This document shows, piece by piece, positions 39,941 to 51,659 of a DNA stretch of 64,000 nucleotides (its first letter is position 1; every line of letters begins with the position of its first letter). Below the pieces are notes generated by a model that was not told the DNA's origin, did not search any database, and saw only the letters and a program-made list of their open reading frames with translations. The position numbers and the translations under genes are program-made. Origin of the DNA: Octopus vulgaris (taxonomy: Eukaryota); assembly GCA_951406725.2 (NCBI GenBank), contig OX597817.1:47182001-47246000 (forward strand). The letters run 5' to 3'.

Positions 39941-40115
39941 TATATTGGCAGGGCAAGACTGCTAGGTAGTCGGCCATATGCTAGAAATAGATCATCAACG
40001 ATCAAACTACAAAGAAAGTTCTCTAGAGGAAAAATTTAGCGAATTGTAGTTTGATCGTTGATGATCTATTTCTAGCATACGGCCAACTACCTAGCAGTCT
40101 TGCCCTGCCAATATA
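39941..40115. repeat. Near-perfect inverted repeat (72-bp arms, 31-bp spacer)
   Basis: 39941-40012 versus 40044-40115, about 2 mismatches, TA-flanked. Confidence 0.85.
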
Positions 40116-41029
40116 TAATCATTGCTGTGAATTTATTTAACAACAACAGGCATGGCTGGCTTCATAAGAAGTTTGCTTCCAAACCACATGGTTTCAGGTT
40201 CGGTCTCACTCGGTAGAAGCCATGCCAAATCGGACAGGAACCTGGTGCAGCTCTCCAGCTTACCAATTCCAGTCAAACTGTCTAAGCCATGCCAACATGG
40301 AAAGTGGATGTTAAATGATGATGATAAATAGCCAGCCAATGAGAGGGCTTCTATGAAGTCACTCAGTGTGTTAGGAACCATAGTCAAACCTTGGCCAAAC
40401 CCACACCCAACTGCCTTAAAAAGGACACATTAAAGAATGCTGTGAGATATATCATACTTGAAACAACAAAAAAAAAGAAAAAAAACAAGAAAAGAAAACT
40501 GGATGGCCACACTTTGAATGCTTTTAACCTTTAACCATAGATCTACAGCAGTAGCAGCAACAACAACAACAACATCAGTGAATGAATATTGAATATGGGG
40601 TGGGGGCTTCTACATGGCTGCACAATCTGCTAGAAATAGCAGGCAAATTTCCTGCAAATCAAACCATAACACCACGATCAAAGAGAAAACAAAAATAAAG
40701 TAAGGACATATTAGAGAATTTCCAAGTTTGAACAGCAGTTTCAAAGTAAACACATTTCGCTTAAATGAATTTCATGCTCACGTACATTTGGTGCAGTTTG
40801 AAAACTTTCTTTGCTGTTTCACAGAACATTTTCAAGGTCAGGAAGATATTAGCATATTCAATAATGCACCTATTGTCCATAGAATCAAAGTTTCCTATCA
40901 ATATATCTGAAGTTGTTTGAAACATCTGCTAGTATTTGCCTATGCTTAATTCCAAAGAGGAATGCTTTTTGTATATAAAACATACAATAAGAGTGGAACT
41001 TCCCCTAATGGGCATTCACACGGAAACAG

Positions 41030-41860
41030 TGATGAATCCCAAAAGGATTTCAAAGTCATACGTCACAGAAAATTAGCACTCTATGACATTGCCATACTTG
41101 ATCCTCAAAAAACTGGAAGGAATCACAACAAAATTTTGTCTTGTTGCTCTTGGTAACAAAAACTCTTTCAAAGTGAAAGACACATTATGCGAAGTAACCC
41201 AAAAGTAACCAGAAATGTTCTCTGTGGGACAAGCCTATTATAGTTCAAGCTTCTAACACTAGAAGCCACTTGATGTGATCCTCAGGCATCATTCTGCCAA
41301 AGAGTGTCATCAAGTGAAGATGTACTGCCACATGATGCATCTTTGTTCTTCAGTGCATCTTCCCTCTTCCTTTATTTTTGCGATGGCTGAAACAAAAGAA
41401 CAGCATGCTTCTTATTTCTTTATTGCCCACAAGGGGCTAAACAAGGATAGACAAAGGGATTAAGTCTATTATAACGACCCTGGTGTGTAACTGGTACTTA
41501 ATTTATCAACCCTGAAATGACGAAAGGCAAAGTCGGCCTTGGTGGAATTCGAACTCAGAACGTAACAGCAGATGAAATACTACTAAGTATTTCGCCCGGC
41601 ATGCTAATGTTTCTACCAGCTCACCGCCTTGCTTCTGTGAAATTCAGTACACTTCTGTGAACAGCATGCTTCTGTGGTCCAAAAAGACAAAATGAAAAAG
41701 GTTTTGCCCTGGAGGATGGCAAAGCAGACATGCTGACTCACAGGGCTCACACTTGCAGATAGCCACACCTGCCCCAACAGCAGTGAGCAGGGATGTATAG
41801 TCTGGGGGCCAAAAACACTGGAGGTCTTCACTGCCACAAACACAACCACAAATGTGTCAG
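41030..41860 (+). pseudogene. Possible collapsed, very old RTE/BovB-like remnant, interrupted by family B SINE 41413-41630(-)
   Basis: KLALYDIAIL resembles the AP-endonuclease start; HTCPN..GGLHCHKH resembles the C-terminal Zn motif. Confidence 0.3.
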
Positions 41861-43687
41861 AGACCATCCAACACTCTGACATTTTGCCTTTCTTACCTTG
41901 AGACGAGCACATATTTCATATCCCTGCTTTGTACTTTACCAGTTACCTTCCTTTTTCCTTGGAACCACTTCCTTCTAAAATCCAACCCACATTCTCCTCT
42001 TTCTAGTTATCTCTCTGCTCTCTCTTCTGTGCTACACCTTAAGACTGTCATGTCTCAGCATTGACACCCTCTCTTATTTACTACCATTCTCAACAAACTC
42101 TTCTCTCCTTCCACCATTCCCTTGGTCACTCACTCCTCACCATACTTCCCTTAACCTCAGTAATGCACCCACCACCCTCTTTGCATTTCTTTTGTCCACC
42201 CCCTCCCCTTCATTACTACCTCTCTCCTATTCCTGTCAATCAAATTTATTTATCCCAATATATATATTTATAAACACTCTCTCCCATAGTCCGTCACCTT
42301 CTAAAGCGAAGATTGTGATTATCTTGTTTGGGGCCACCAAAATCTATGCTAGTTAATATTCTGCTTTGCTTTTATGTATAAATACAATATTGCTTCATTA
42401 TTGCACCTGCCAAACATACATTATTATATCAACTATTCATTGATGATTCGAAACAGCTGTAAAGAAAAAGCTTTATTACATCATGTAAATTTTATATGCA
42501 ATTTTCCATAAATACATTCCTTATGCCTGCCTGTTATTGTTTGTCTTTCTATTTCCATAGATATCTTATCATCATCATCACCATCATCATCATTTAACAT
42601 CCACTTCCCTCTGCTTGCATGAGTCAGATTTTCTACTGCCAGATGCCCTTCCTGTCACCAACCCTCACTTGTTTTCAAGCAACACAATATTTCCTCAAAC
42701 TCAGATATGTTTTCCATGTCTGGGTATGGAGAAGACTGGAAACAAACATCACTTGTATGGAGGTGATGCTCATTTACAACCATCACACAATGTCATATTG
42801 AGACTAGTTTCCTCATTCTGGATATTGTAATCACATTTTGATCATTGTACCCTCATGCCTTCTTCATGTGCACATCATATTCAGTGATGTACTCAGAAAA
42901 ACAGGAGTTAACAGCTAGTAAACAGAAGTTCTTTCTCTGAGGCTGTCAAGCTATATTTTTTTCTTGTTCAAATCGAATGAATGAAAAAATATCACATATA
43001 AACAAATAAATAACAGAGAAATATCTCCAGTAAAGACAACATAATGAGAAGAATGTACACCTGTGGAGATCATTTAACAATTTCAAGAACATTAATGAAT
43101 ACAGCCAGCAGCTGAAGAACATTGAAGAGAACAATGGCCTAAATGTTGTGACTACAACCAAGATGAAGACACTAGTCTAAAAATGCCAATATATAATAAT
43201 TACCTTAAAGAGTATTGTAATTTTCTTGAAGTATTGTAATATATGTAAATGAGACAGATACTTGTAAAAACTTTTGAATAATACAAAATATCTAAGGTGA
43301 TATTAATGAGTGAAGCAAAAGTAGAAAGCAAGTTTGTTTAATAATCCTACAATATTTCGGGAAAAAGTTCCCCCTTTTCAAATACAAACCAAAAAAATAA
43401 TTTTATTTTCTTTCTTCTCTTTGAAAAGAAGAATTTTTTACACCCAAAGGTAAAGTAATAAAGCATATTTTCTCTTCTTGTTTTCATTCACTGACATCAA
43501 TTAAAATATTCTGCCTAACTCCTCACCTGCATTGCTCAAAGACTTTTGTAACCATTTATCTCGTTTATGCATTAATCTAAATTGTATTTAACTTTTCATT
43601 TCCAAAGAAAGAAAGAAAATTCTTCAACACTGAACAGCTGTTAACTTGACGCAAGGTACATTTTGAAATTACACATGCAAAACCAAA

Positions 43688-45740
43688 ACAGCGATGATCA
43701 TAGCAAGCAAGCTAAGAATTCTCATTTCATTTCTTCCTGACTCTTGTACTACACACATACATTTGCTGCTAACCCTTAAATGTTCGAATCTATTCACTAA
43801 TTCTGCTTGTTCTTAAAATATAACCCTTTAATTTGTTTAACCCCTCGGTACCAAGTTAATTTGTTCGTTACTCTGTTCATTTCTTCAAACCCCGATTGTT
43901 TTAAGTCTACTGTCCCCAATCAAAATCTTCGCAGCCAGCCATTCGTTCGCGGTTTAAATTCTTAAATTTTTTTTAAATGCCTCGGTATGAAGATATTTCG
44001 TTCGTCCTCCGCCATTACTTTCAATCAAAACTTCCATCTTTCCAACCCACTTCCGGTGAACCTATATAAATAATCACCTCATGTGCTTCTCTTTCATTCA
44101 CCCCTTCTTGACCACACAGCGATGATCATAGCAAGCAAGCTAAGAATTCTCATTTCATCTCTTCCTGACTCTTGTACTACACACATACATTTGCTGCTAA
44201 CCCTTAAATGTTCGAATCTATTCACTAATTCTGCTTGTTCTTAAAATATAACCCTTTAATTTGTTTAACCCCTCGGTACCAAGTTAATTTGTTCGTTACT
44301 CTGTTCATTTCTTCAAACCCCGATTGTTTTAAGTCTACTGTCCCCAATCAAAATCTTCGCAGCCCGCTATTCGTTCGCGGTTTAAATTCTTAAATTTTTT
44401 TAAAATGACTCGGTATGAAGATATTTTGTTCGTCCTCCGCCATTACTTTCAATCAAAACTTCCGTCTTTCCAACCCACTTCCGGTGAACCTATATAAATA
44501 ATCACCTCGTGTGCTTCTCTTTCATTCACCCCTTCTTGACCACACAGCGATGATCATAGCAAGCAAGCTAAGAATTCTCATTTCATTTCTTCCTGACTCT
44601 TGTACTACACACATACATTTGCTGCTAACCCTTAAATGTTCAAATCTATTCACTAATTCTACTTGTTCTTAAAATATAACCCTTTAATTTGTTTAACCCC
44701 TCGGTACCAAGTTAATTTGTTCGTTACTCTGTTCATTTCTTCAAACCCCGATTGTTTTAAGTCTACTGTCCCCAATCAAAACCTTCGCCAGCCCGCCATT
44801 CGTTCGCGGTTTAAATTCTTAAATTTTTTTTAAATGCCTCGGTATGAAGATATTTCGTTCGTCCTCCGCCATTACTTTCAATCAAAACTTCCGTCTTTCC
44901 AACCCACTTCCGGTGAACCTATATAAATAATCACCTCATGTGCTTCTCTTTCATTCACCCCTTCTTGACCACACAGCGATGATCATAGCAAGCAAGCTAA
45001 GAATTCTCATTTCATTTCTTCCTGACTCTTGTACTACACACATACATTTGCTGCTAACCCTTAAATGTTCGAATCTATTCACTAATTCTGCTTGTTCTTA
45101 AAATATAACCCTTTAATTTTTTTAACCCCTCGGTACCAAGTTAATTTGTTCGTTACTCTGTTCATTTCTTCAAACCCCGATTGTTTTAAGTCTACTGTCC
45201 CCAATCAAAATCTTCGCAGCCCGCCATTCGTTCGCGGTTTAAATTCTTAAATTTTTTTTAAATGCCTCGGTATGAAGATATTTCGTTCGTCCTCCGCCAT
45301 TACTTTCAATCAAAACTTCCGTCTTTCCAACCCACTTCCGGTGAACCTATATAAATAATCACCTCATGTGCTTCTCTTTCATTCACCCCTTCTTGACCAC
45401 ACAGCGATGATCATAGGTGAACCTATATAAATAATCACCTCTGTGCTTCTCTTTCATTCACCTTCTTGACCACACAGCGATGATCATAGCAAGCAAGCTA
45501 AGAATTCTCATTTCATTTCTTCCTGACTCTTGTACTACACACATACATTTGCTGCTAACCCTTAAATGTTCAAATCTATTCACTAATTCTGCTTGTTCTT
45601 AAAATATAACCCTTTAATTTGTTTAACCCCTCGGTACCAAGTTAATTTGTTCGTTACTCTGTTCATTTCTTCAAACCCCGATTGTTTTAAGTCTACTGTC
45701 CCCAATCAAAATCTTCGCAGCCCGCCATTCGTTCGCGGTT
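43688..45740 (+). repeat. Young 428-bp tandem array (4 full monomers, a 73-bp slipped piece, 1 partial monomer)
   Basis: Monomer starts at 43688, 44116, 44544, 44973, 45401, 45474; only a few differences between copies. Confidence 0.95.
44049..44099 (+). promoter_or_regulatory. Putative Pol II core promoter repeated in each monomer: ETS (ACTTCCGG) - TATAAA - Inr (TCATTC)
   Basis: TATAAA at 44065 and Inr A at 44096, the canonical -31 spacing; ETS site just upstream; CCGCCATT (YY1-like) twice per monomer. Confidence 0.5.
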
Positions 45741-46461
45741 CGCCCGCCCTCCCACCCCCACCACCCATACCGGATATCCCCCGCCCTCCCACCCCCACCA
45801 CCCATACCGGATATCCCCTCTACCACCGCCACCACTACGTGTGTCTGTTCCTCCTACCCCTCCTCCTCAATATACTTTCTCACTATGTATTTTACCCCTG
45901 CCTCTCTCCCCCTGGACAGAAGCAGCTAGCGCTGCAGCTCATCAAACGTCCCACTTAACCTGTTATCTTATGTTCCTCCTGTTTTGAAATGTGTCACTGC
46001 CTCAACCGGCTATCTCCTTCCAGCCCCCTCCCCCACTCTTGATATCCTACGTTTTACTTCCTACTTTTCATTCTGTCTAGAACCTGCCACCAACCCTACC
46101 TGTCATCGTTTCTCTTTACCCCAAACCTTCCTCACTGGTGCTCCCCTATATTACATGCACCCCCCCACTCTCTCTCCCTCTCTCCTCTCTGCCGGAACCC
46201 TCCCCCTGCCGCAATGCAACGAAAAAAGACAATAACCGATCGTGGCCGATGCCAGACCCCTCTGGCACCTGTGCAGGTGGCACGTAAAAAGCACCCACTA
46301 CACTCGCGGAGTGGTTGGCGTTAGGAAGGGCATCCAGCTGTAGAAACACTGCCAGATCAGACTGGAGCCTGGGGCAGTCCCTGCTCCCCAGACCCCGGTC
46401 AAACCGTCCAACCCGTGCTAGCGCGGAAAACGGACGTTAAACGATGATGATGATGATGATG
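45741..46461 (+). mobile_element. Young RTE 3' UTR with (GAT)n tail, fused to the 428-bp array
   Basis: Pyrimidine-rich UTR beginning with a 37-bp duplication, ending ..CCGTCCAACCCGTGCTAGCGCGGAAAACGGACGTTAAACGATGATGATG. Confidence 0.8.
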
Positions 46462-47058
46462 AAAACAAATCATTTTTAGATATTCTTAGACTACATCTAT
46501 ATAAGGGAAAAACCAAATGATTGGCAAATCTTAGCAACAATTCCACAGCCATCTTCTACTTTACTACTGATATGCAATAACTAGTCTCTGACTCTTCCAT
46601 CAACATCACAACACCACCACTCACTTTATCACTCCAACCTATAGCCTAGCAACCAAAGCAACCACCTTGTTTTACTATCATCTTAAATCTGCAGCTATAA
46701 TTATTTCACTGAATTTCTTCTAAAACTATTTACTTGCAATTTCCAAACAGGCAAAAGTTCAAATTGAACACCAGTGTTAACGTTATCAAGTCAAGAGAAA
46801 GGAAGGGCATCTACACCAGGCAGGGGTATCCATTTTCAAGAAGTGGGCCACATAAGATATGGCTCATCGTCTGGAGGATTACACTCTTTTACTCGGTTCG
46901 GTCATTTGACTGCGGCCATGCTGGAGCACTGCCTTTTAGTCGAGCAAATCGACCCCAGGACTTATTCTTTGTAAGCCTAGTACTTATTCTATCAGTCTCT
47001 TTTGCTGAACAGCTAAGTTACGGGACATAAACACAAGCAATGTTGGGGACACACACAA

Positions 47059-47104
<46 letters not shown>

Positions 47105-47108
<4 letters not shown>

Positions 47109-47370
47109 AGAATTCACAAAAAAATACAAGACGAAGACGGGTGGTGTGGAAAACAAACAGATGTATTAGTATAACGCTCGGGAATTGAAAAAGTCCTTTA
47201 CACTTCGAGCCTACGCTCTTCCACTGAGAGGAACACAGAAAGAAACAAGGAGAGAAACAAAATGTGTGTAGTGGCTATCGATCTATCATGGCGACTGCCG
47301 GTCAGAAGGGTCACACAGGAGAGCGAAGAAGTAGGGGAAATAACAAAGTAATAGTGATCCCAAAAACGAA
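47105..47370 (-). mobile_element. Penelope-like pseudo-LTR fragment with degenerate hammerhead (47195-47231)
   Basis: Minus strand CTCT-CAGTGGAA-GAGC GTAG GCTC-GAAG-TG-TA-AAGG; abuts (TA)n. Confidence 0.45.
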
Positions 47371-47395
47371 GGTGCATGTGTGTGTATATATACAC

Positions 47396-47465
<70 letters not shown>

Positions 47466-47848
47466 CATCATCATCATCATCATCGTTTAACGTCCGCTTT
47501 CCATGCTAGCATGGGTTGGACGGTTCAACTGGGGTCTGGCAAGCCCGAAGGCTACACCAGGCCAGTCAGATCTGGCAGTGTTTCTACAGCTGGATGCCCT
47601 TCCTAACGCCAACCACTCCGAGAGTGTAGTGGGTGATTTTATGTGCCACCGACACAGGTGCCAGACGAGGCTGGCAGATATATATGACAGGTTTCTTTCA
47701 GTTTCCATCTACCAAATCCACTCACAATGCTTTGGTCAGCCTGAGGCTATAGTAGAAGACACTTGCCCAAGACGCTACGCAGTGGGATTGAACCCAGAAC
47801 CATGTGGTTGGTAAGCAAGCTACTTACCACACACCCACTCCTGCACCT

Positions 47849-48013
47849 AAATAAGTTTTGAATTAAATTCTTCCACCAAATCTTAGTCTCAATTCATGTT
47901 CCTGACACTAGCTTAATGATAACTAAGTTATTTTACTAAATTCTTTATTATATTTAAAATAATTGAAAGAACCACAGAGCATCTCAAAATAAAAACAGTA
48001 GCAAAAGGGTTAA
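47849..48013 (+). mobile_element. piggyBac-type MITE right end
   Basis: Terminates AAAAGGG|TTAA. Confidence 0.45.
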
Positions 48014-48096
48014 ACGTATGATACATAGAATAATATAAACCTTGAGGATTTGTAAAAAGGGCAAGGAAACACCTTTGGTCAAAGGTCTGTCCAAAA

Positions 48097-48750
48097 CAAG
48101 GGTTCTCAACCATTTGTTATCTAAGGACCCTTTGATTACTATTTCATTCTTGTGGAGCTCCACAGCCACTCAATGTTTAAAAACTGGTTTTATAGAAACT
48201 TCTTTCAAAATTCCTGTTTAGTTTTTCACACATTAACTTGTGTATGTTGAACTATGCAAAATGATGTTTGTTCCTTCTCGAGTGACGCCTGGCTCATAGA
48301 GCAGGTTTCCCAGTTTCCTTGGCGTATAGGTTCCTCACCTGGATGGGATGCTGGTCCGTCGCAGGTGAGCTGCTAGATGCAGGAGGAAAGAGTGAGAGAA
48401 AGTTGAGGTGAAAGAGTCAGCAGAAGTTCGCCATTACCTTCTGCCGGAGCCGCGTGGAGATTAGGTGTTTCGCTCATAAACACACACATTGCCCAGTCTG
48501 AGATTCGAACCAATGATCCCTCAACCGCTGCTCTAACCACTAGGCCATGTGCCTCCACATGTAAAATGTTAGAAAGAGAGAGAAATCTGTTTCTTGTAAT
48601 ACATACGAATACATACATCTAAAGCAAAATTCTTTCAGGGGCCCTTAAAATATTATTGTGAACCTCCAATTTACTATTTTATTATGTTGACCCCTGAAAA
48701 TCTTATATGGACCCTCAGGGGCTATATGGACCTCTGGGTGAGAATCACTG
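48097..48750 (+). mobile_element. hAT (Charlie-like) MITE with nested family C-like SINE (48268-48560,-)
   Basis: TIRs CAAGGGTTCTCAACC / GGGTGAGAATCACTG; subterminal GGACCC..GGGGC(C/T)ATATGGACC motifs. Confidence 0.7.
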
Positions 48751-48972
48751 ATCTTGAAGATGGATAAGCAGCAATACTGCCATCAAGTATAAGATAGCCT
48801 TCAAAATACACAAAGGAACCTCAAAATAACCCCAAATAACTATGCAAGCTCAAAATCACTCCAGGTTCCTCTCAAAAAAAAATGTAATTGAGATGTGTCA
48901 TCACAGAAGAACATTAAACTGATTAAGAAAATATTATTTGATGGAAATCAAATACAATGCACAATGTGTGTG

Positions 48973-49010
<38 letters not shown>

Positions 49011-49071
49011 CAACACACACACATATATATTTATACACTTAAGTATACACATATCTAAGTGTCTCTCTCTT

Positions 49072-49105
<34 letters not shown>

Positions 49106-49300
49106 CACACACATTCATATGTATACACATACACATATGCACACACACATATACATATACACACATATATGCATATACATATATATACACACATTCATAT
49201 GTATACACATACACACACATATACATATATGCACACACACACATATGTATATGCATACAGACACACACATATACACACACACACATGTATATGCATACAG

Positions 49301-49381
<81 letters not shown>

Positions 49382-50840
49382 TATATACACACACATCTTG
49401 CATTTATTCAGAATATATAAATAAATTTTTTAAAAAACCATTTATATCGGAATATATTTACATAAATTTACACAGTTAAAATGGAAAACGAAAAACCAAA
49501 GAAAAAAAAAAAACTGGCTTTGAAGACACACCAAAGTACTTACAGAGTGAAGCAAGAAAATCTATGGCGGCGGTACTAGAGTGCAAGAAGTTGCTTGTGC
49601 TAGGTCTACAGAAATCATATCAAAGAAAGTGAAAATTAGCATCCGAAAAACAAAATCAATACAGAAGGAAGACAGCGACAGCAGAGCTGTGGAAATTTGC
49701 GACAACAAAAGCAGTAATAGAGAAGAAGCAAAAAAAAAAAGAAGAAATATGGAGAAAAGGTGAAGAACGTAAAAGCGGTACAATTGGATCAAGGCTGGCT
49801 TTGTGTTGGTGGACAGAAGATACTAATGACTAATTATAGCGGGAACGTGTGGAATTGGGGAAATATATGGTTAATATGATGATAATAATAATAATGATGA
49901 TGATAATAATAATAATAACCAGAGATGCGATGGAGGAGATGAACGTGGAGATTTGGGAAGAGAAGAATGTGGGGGGAAAGGAGAGGAGGAGGAAAGAAGG
50001 AGAAGGAGGAGAAGAAGAGAAGACCAAAGAAGACAGAGAAGAAGAAGAAAAGAAAAAGGAGGAGGAGATGAGGAAGACAGAGAAAAGAAGACAGGAGGAG
50101 GAGGAGGAGAAGAAGAAGACAGAGGAAAAGAATGAGGCAGGACATGAGATTTGAATAACAAAAGGTGACAAGAGGAGATGATGATGATGATAAGGAGGTG
50201 GTGGTGGATGGTGAGGAGGAGGAGGAGGATGGTGAGGGAGGGAAGGAGAAGGATGACAATGACAATAGCAATGATGATGATGATGATGACAGTGATGCTA
50301 TGGAGAAAGGGGATAATGATCATAATAAGTATGATGATGATGATGATGATGACAACTTAACAGTTAATTAATTCATTTATTCCCTTTGAAGAGGGAAATG
50401 ATGAAATCTAAAATCACAAACAGGATGGTGTTTCATCTGGGATTACAACCATAGTTTAGAAAAACAATCCCACACCTGGAAAGACCTACAGTCCATCAAA
50501 TGATAACTTTCCTCACACACATGTATCACCTATCAATGGAGGAAATGAGTCAACAACAACATTAATAATAATCATTTCGTGCCAGTTGACGAAAATACAG
50601 CTAGGTTCATAACGAATGTTCAACTAAAATTGGAGCGACATGCATGCTAATTTGTGGACGTGCATAAATTACATTCACATACACACACACACACACACAC
50701 ATCCTGCCTTTTATATATACAGATGGACAACAAGTAGACAACCATTGTTGGGTTTTAAAGATTTCATGGAAGGTAAATTGCTGTCCAATTTTCAACCCAT
50801 GATTTGTTTGCCACCTTATGTGGAAACCTATAACTGCTGT

Positions 50841-51036
50841 ACAGTTCTATATTTAAGAAATGAGGAATTATGTACATTATTTACATTTGACGGATATTTG
50901 TCCTCATCTTGTTTGTTGTTAGCACAACGTTTCAGCTGATATACCCTGCAGCCTTCATCTGGTATCTTTGGGAAATTTCGAACCAAGGTTTTCATTCCTA
51001 AGGTATTTTTTGATGTTATTATTATTGTTATTATTA

Positions 51037-51068
<32 letters not shown>

Positions 51069-51231
51069 GAGTGAGAGAGCAGTGCATGCCATCAAAGTGA
51101 CACTGGTGTAAAATATACGAAGCCCAGTATATCCATCATGACTACCCGTCTGATAAGGGGTAAACAGCACATGACCTTGCAGGTGGGGCCCAGTTAGAAT
51201 TTTCTTCTGGTTGAGTATTATTATTATCATT

Positions 51232-51268
<37 letters not shown>

Positions 51269-51537
51269 TTTGTCATCATTATTATTATTCAGGTCACTCC
51301 TGTAATTGAACTCGGAATCTTGGGGCTAGTAGCCTGCACTGCTGCTACTAAGAACAACAACAATGCCGTCGTCATCATCATCATCGAAAAATACCTTAGG
51401 AACAAGAACCCAGGTTCGAAATTTCCCCATGATACCTGATGAAGGCTGGAGGGTATATCAGCCGAAATGTGTCAACAACAAACAAGATGAGGACAAATAT
51501 CTGTCAAATGTAAATAGAGTAAATCATGTAAATAATG
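50841..51537. mobile_element. Penelope-like element with inverted hammerhead-bearing arms and 12-bp TSD; family D fragment nested in the central (TTA)n
   Basis: Arms about 50865-51010(-) and 51386-51540(+); TSD TATAACTGCTGT at 50829-50840 and 51538-51549. Confidence 0.75.
51431..51473 (+). ncRNA. Minimal hammerhead (damaged stem III); mirror copy at 50922-50966(-)
   Basis: GATAC-CTGATGA-AGGCTG GAGGGTATAT CAGCC-GAAA-T-GTGTC. The mirror copy keeps GAAACGTT but has CAGATGA. Confidence 0.6.
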
Positions 51538-51659
51538 TATAACTGCTGTGTTGACATAAAAGTAATAACATCGTTTGGAAAGTAATCTACTTTCAGTGGA
51601 ACAGAAAGGTTGCAGGAAACAAAATAGAACAACTAAAAACTAGTTGTTAGTTCATAAAA

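Noticed and set aside
43298-43500. Very old inverted repeat, possibly PLE-derived
   Set aside because: Too degenerate to delimit or classify by eye.
43688-45740. 5S rDNA, snRNA/SL RNA or hammerhead-retrozyme identity of the 428-bp repeat
   Set aside because: I found no 5S boxes, no convincing Sm site and no CTGANGA..GAAA core on either strand. GCGATGA..AGAA is too degenerate.
49830-50371. Glu/Lys/Asp-rich ORFs (also 54676-55065)
   Set aside because: Purine-rich trinucleotide repeats with no splice or domain support.
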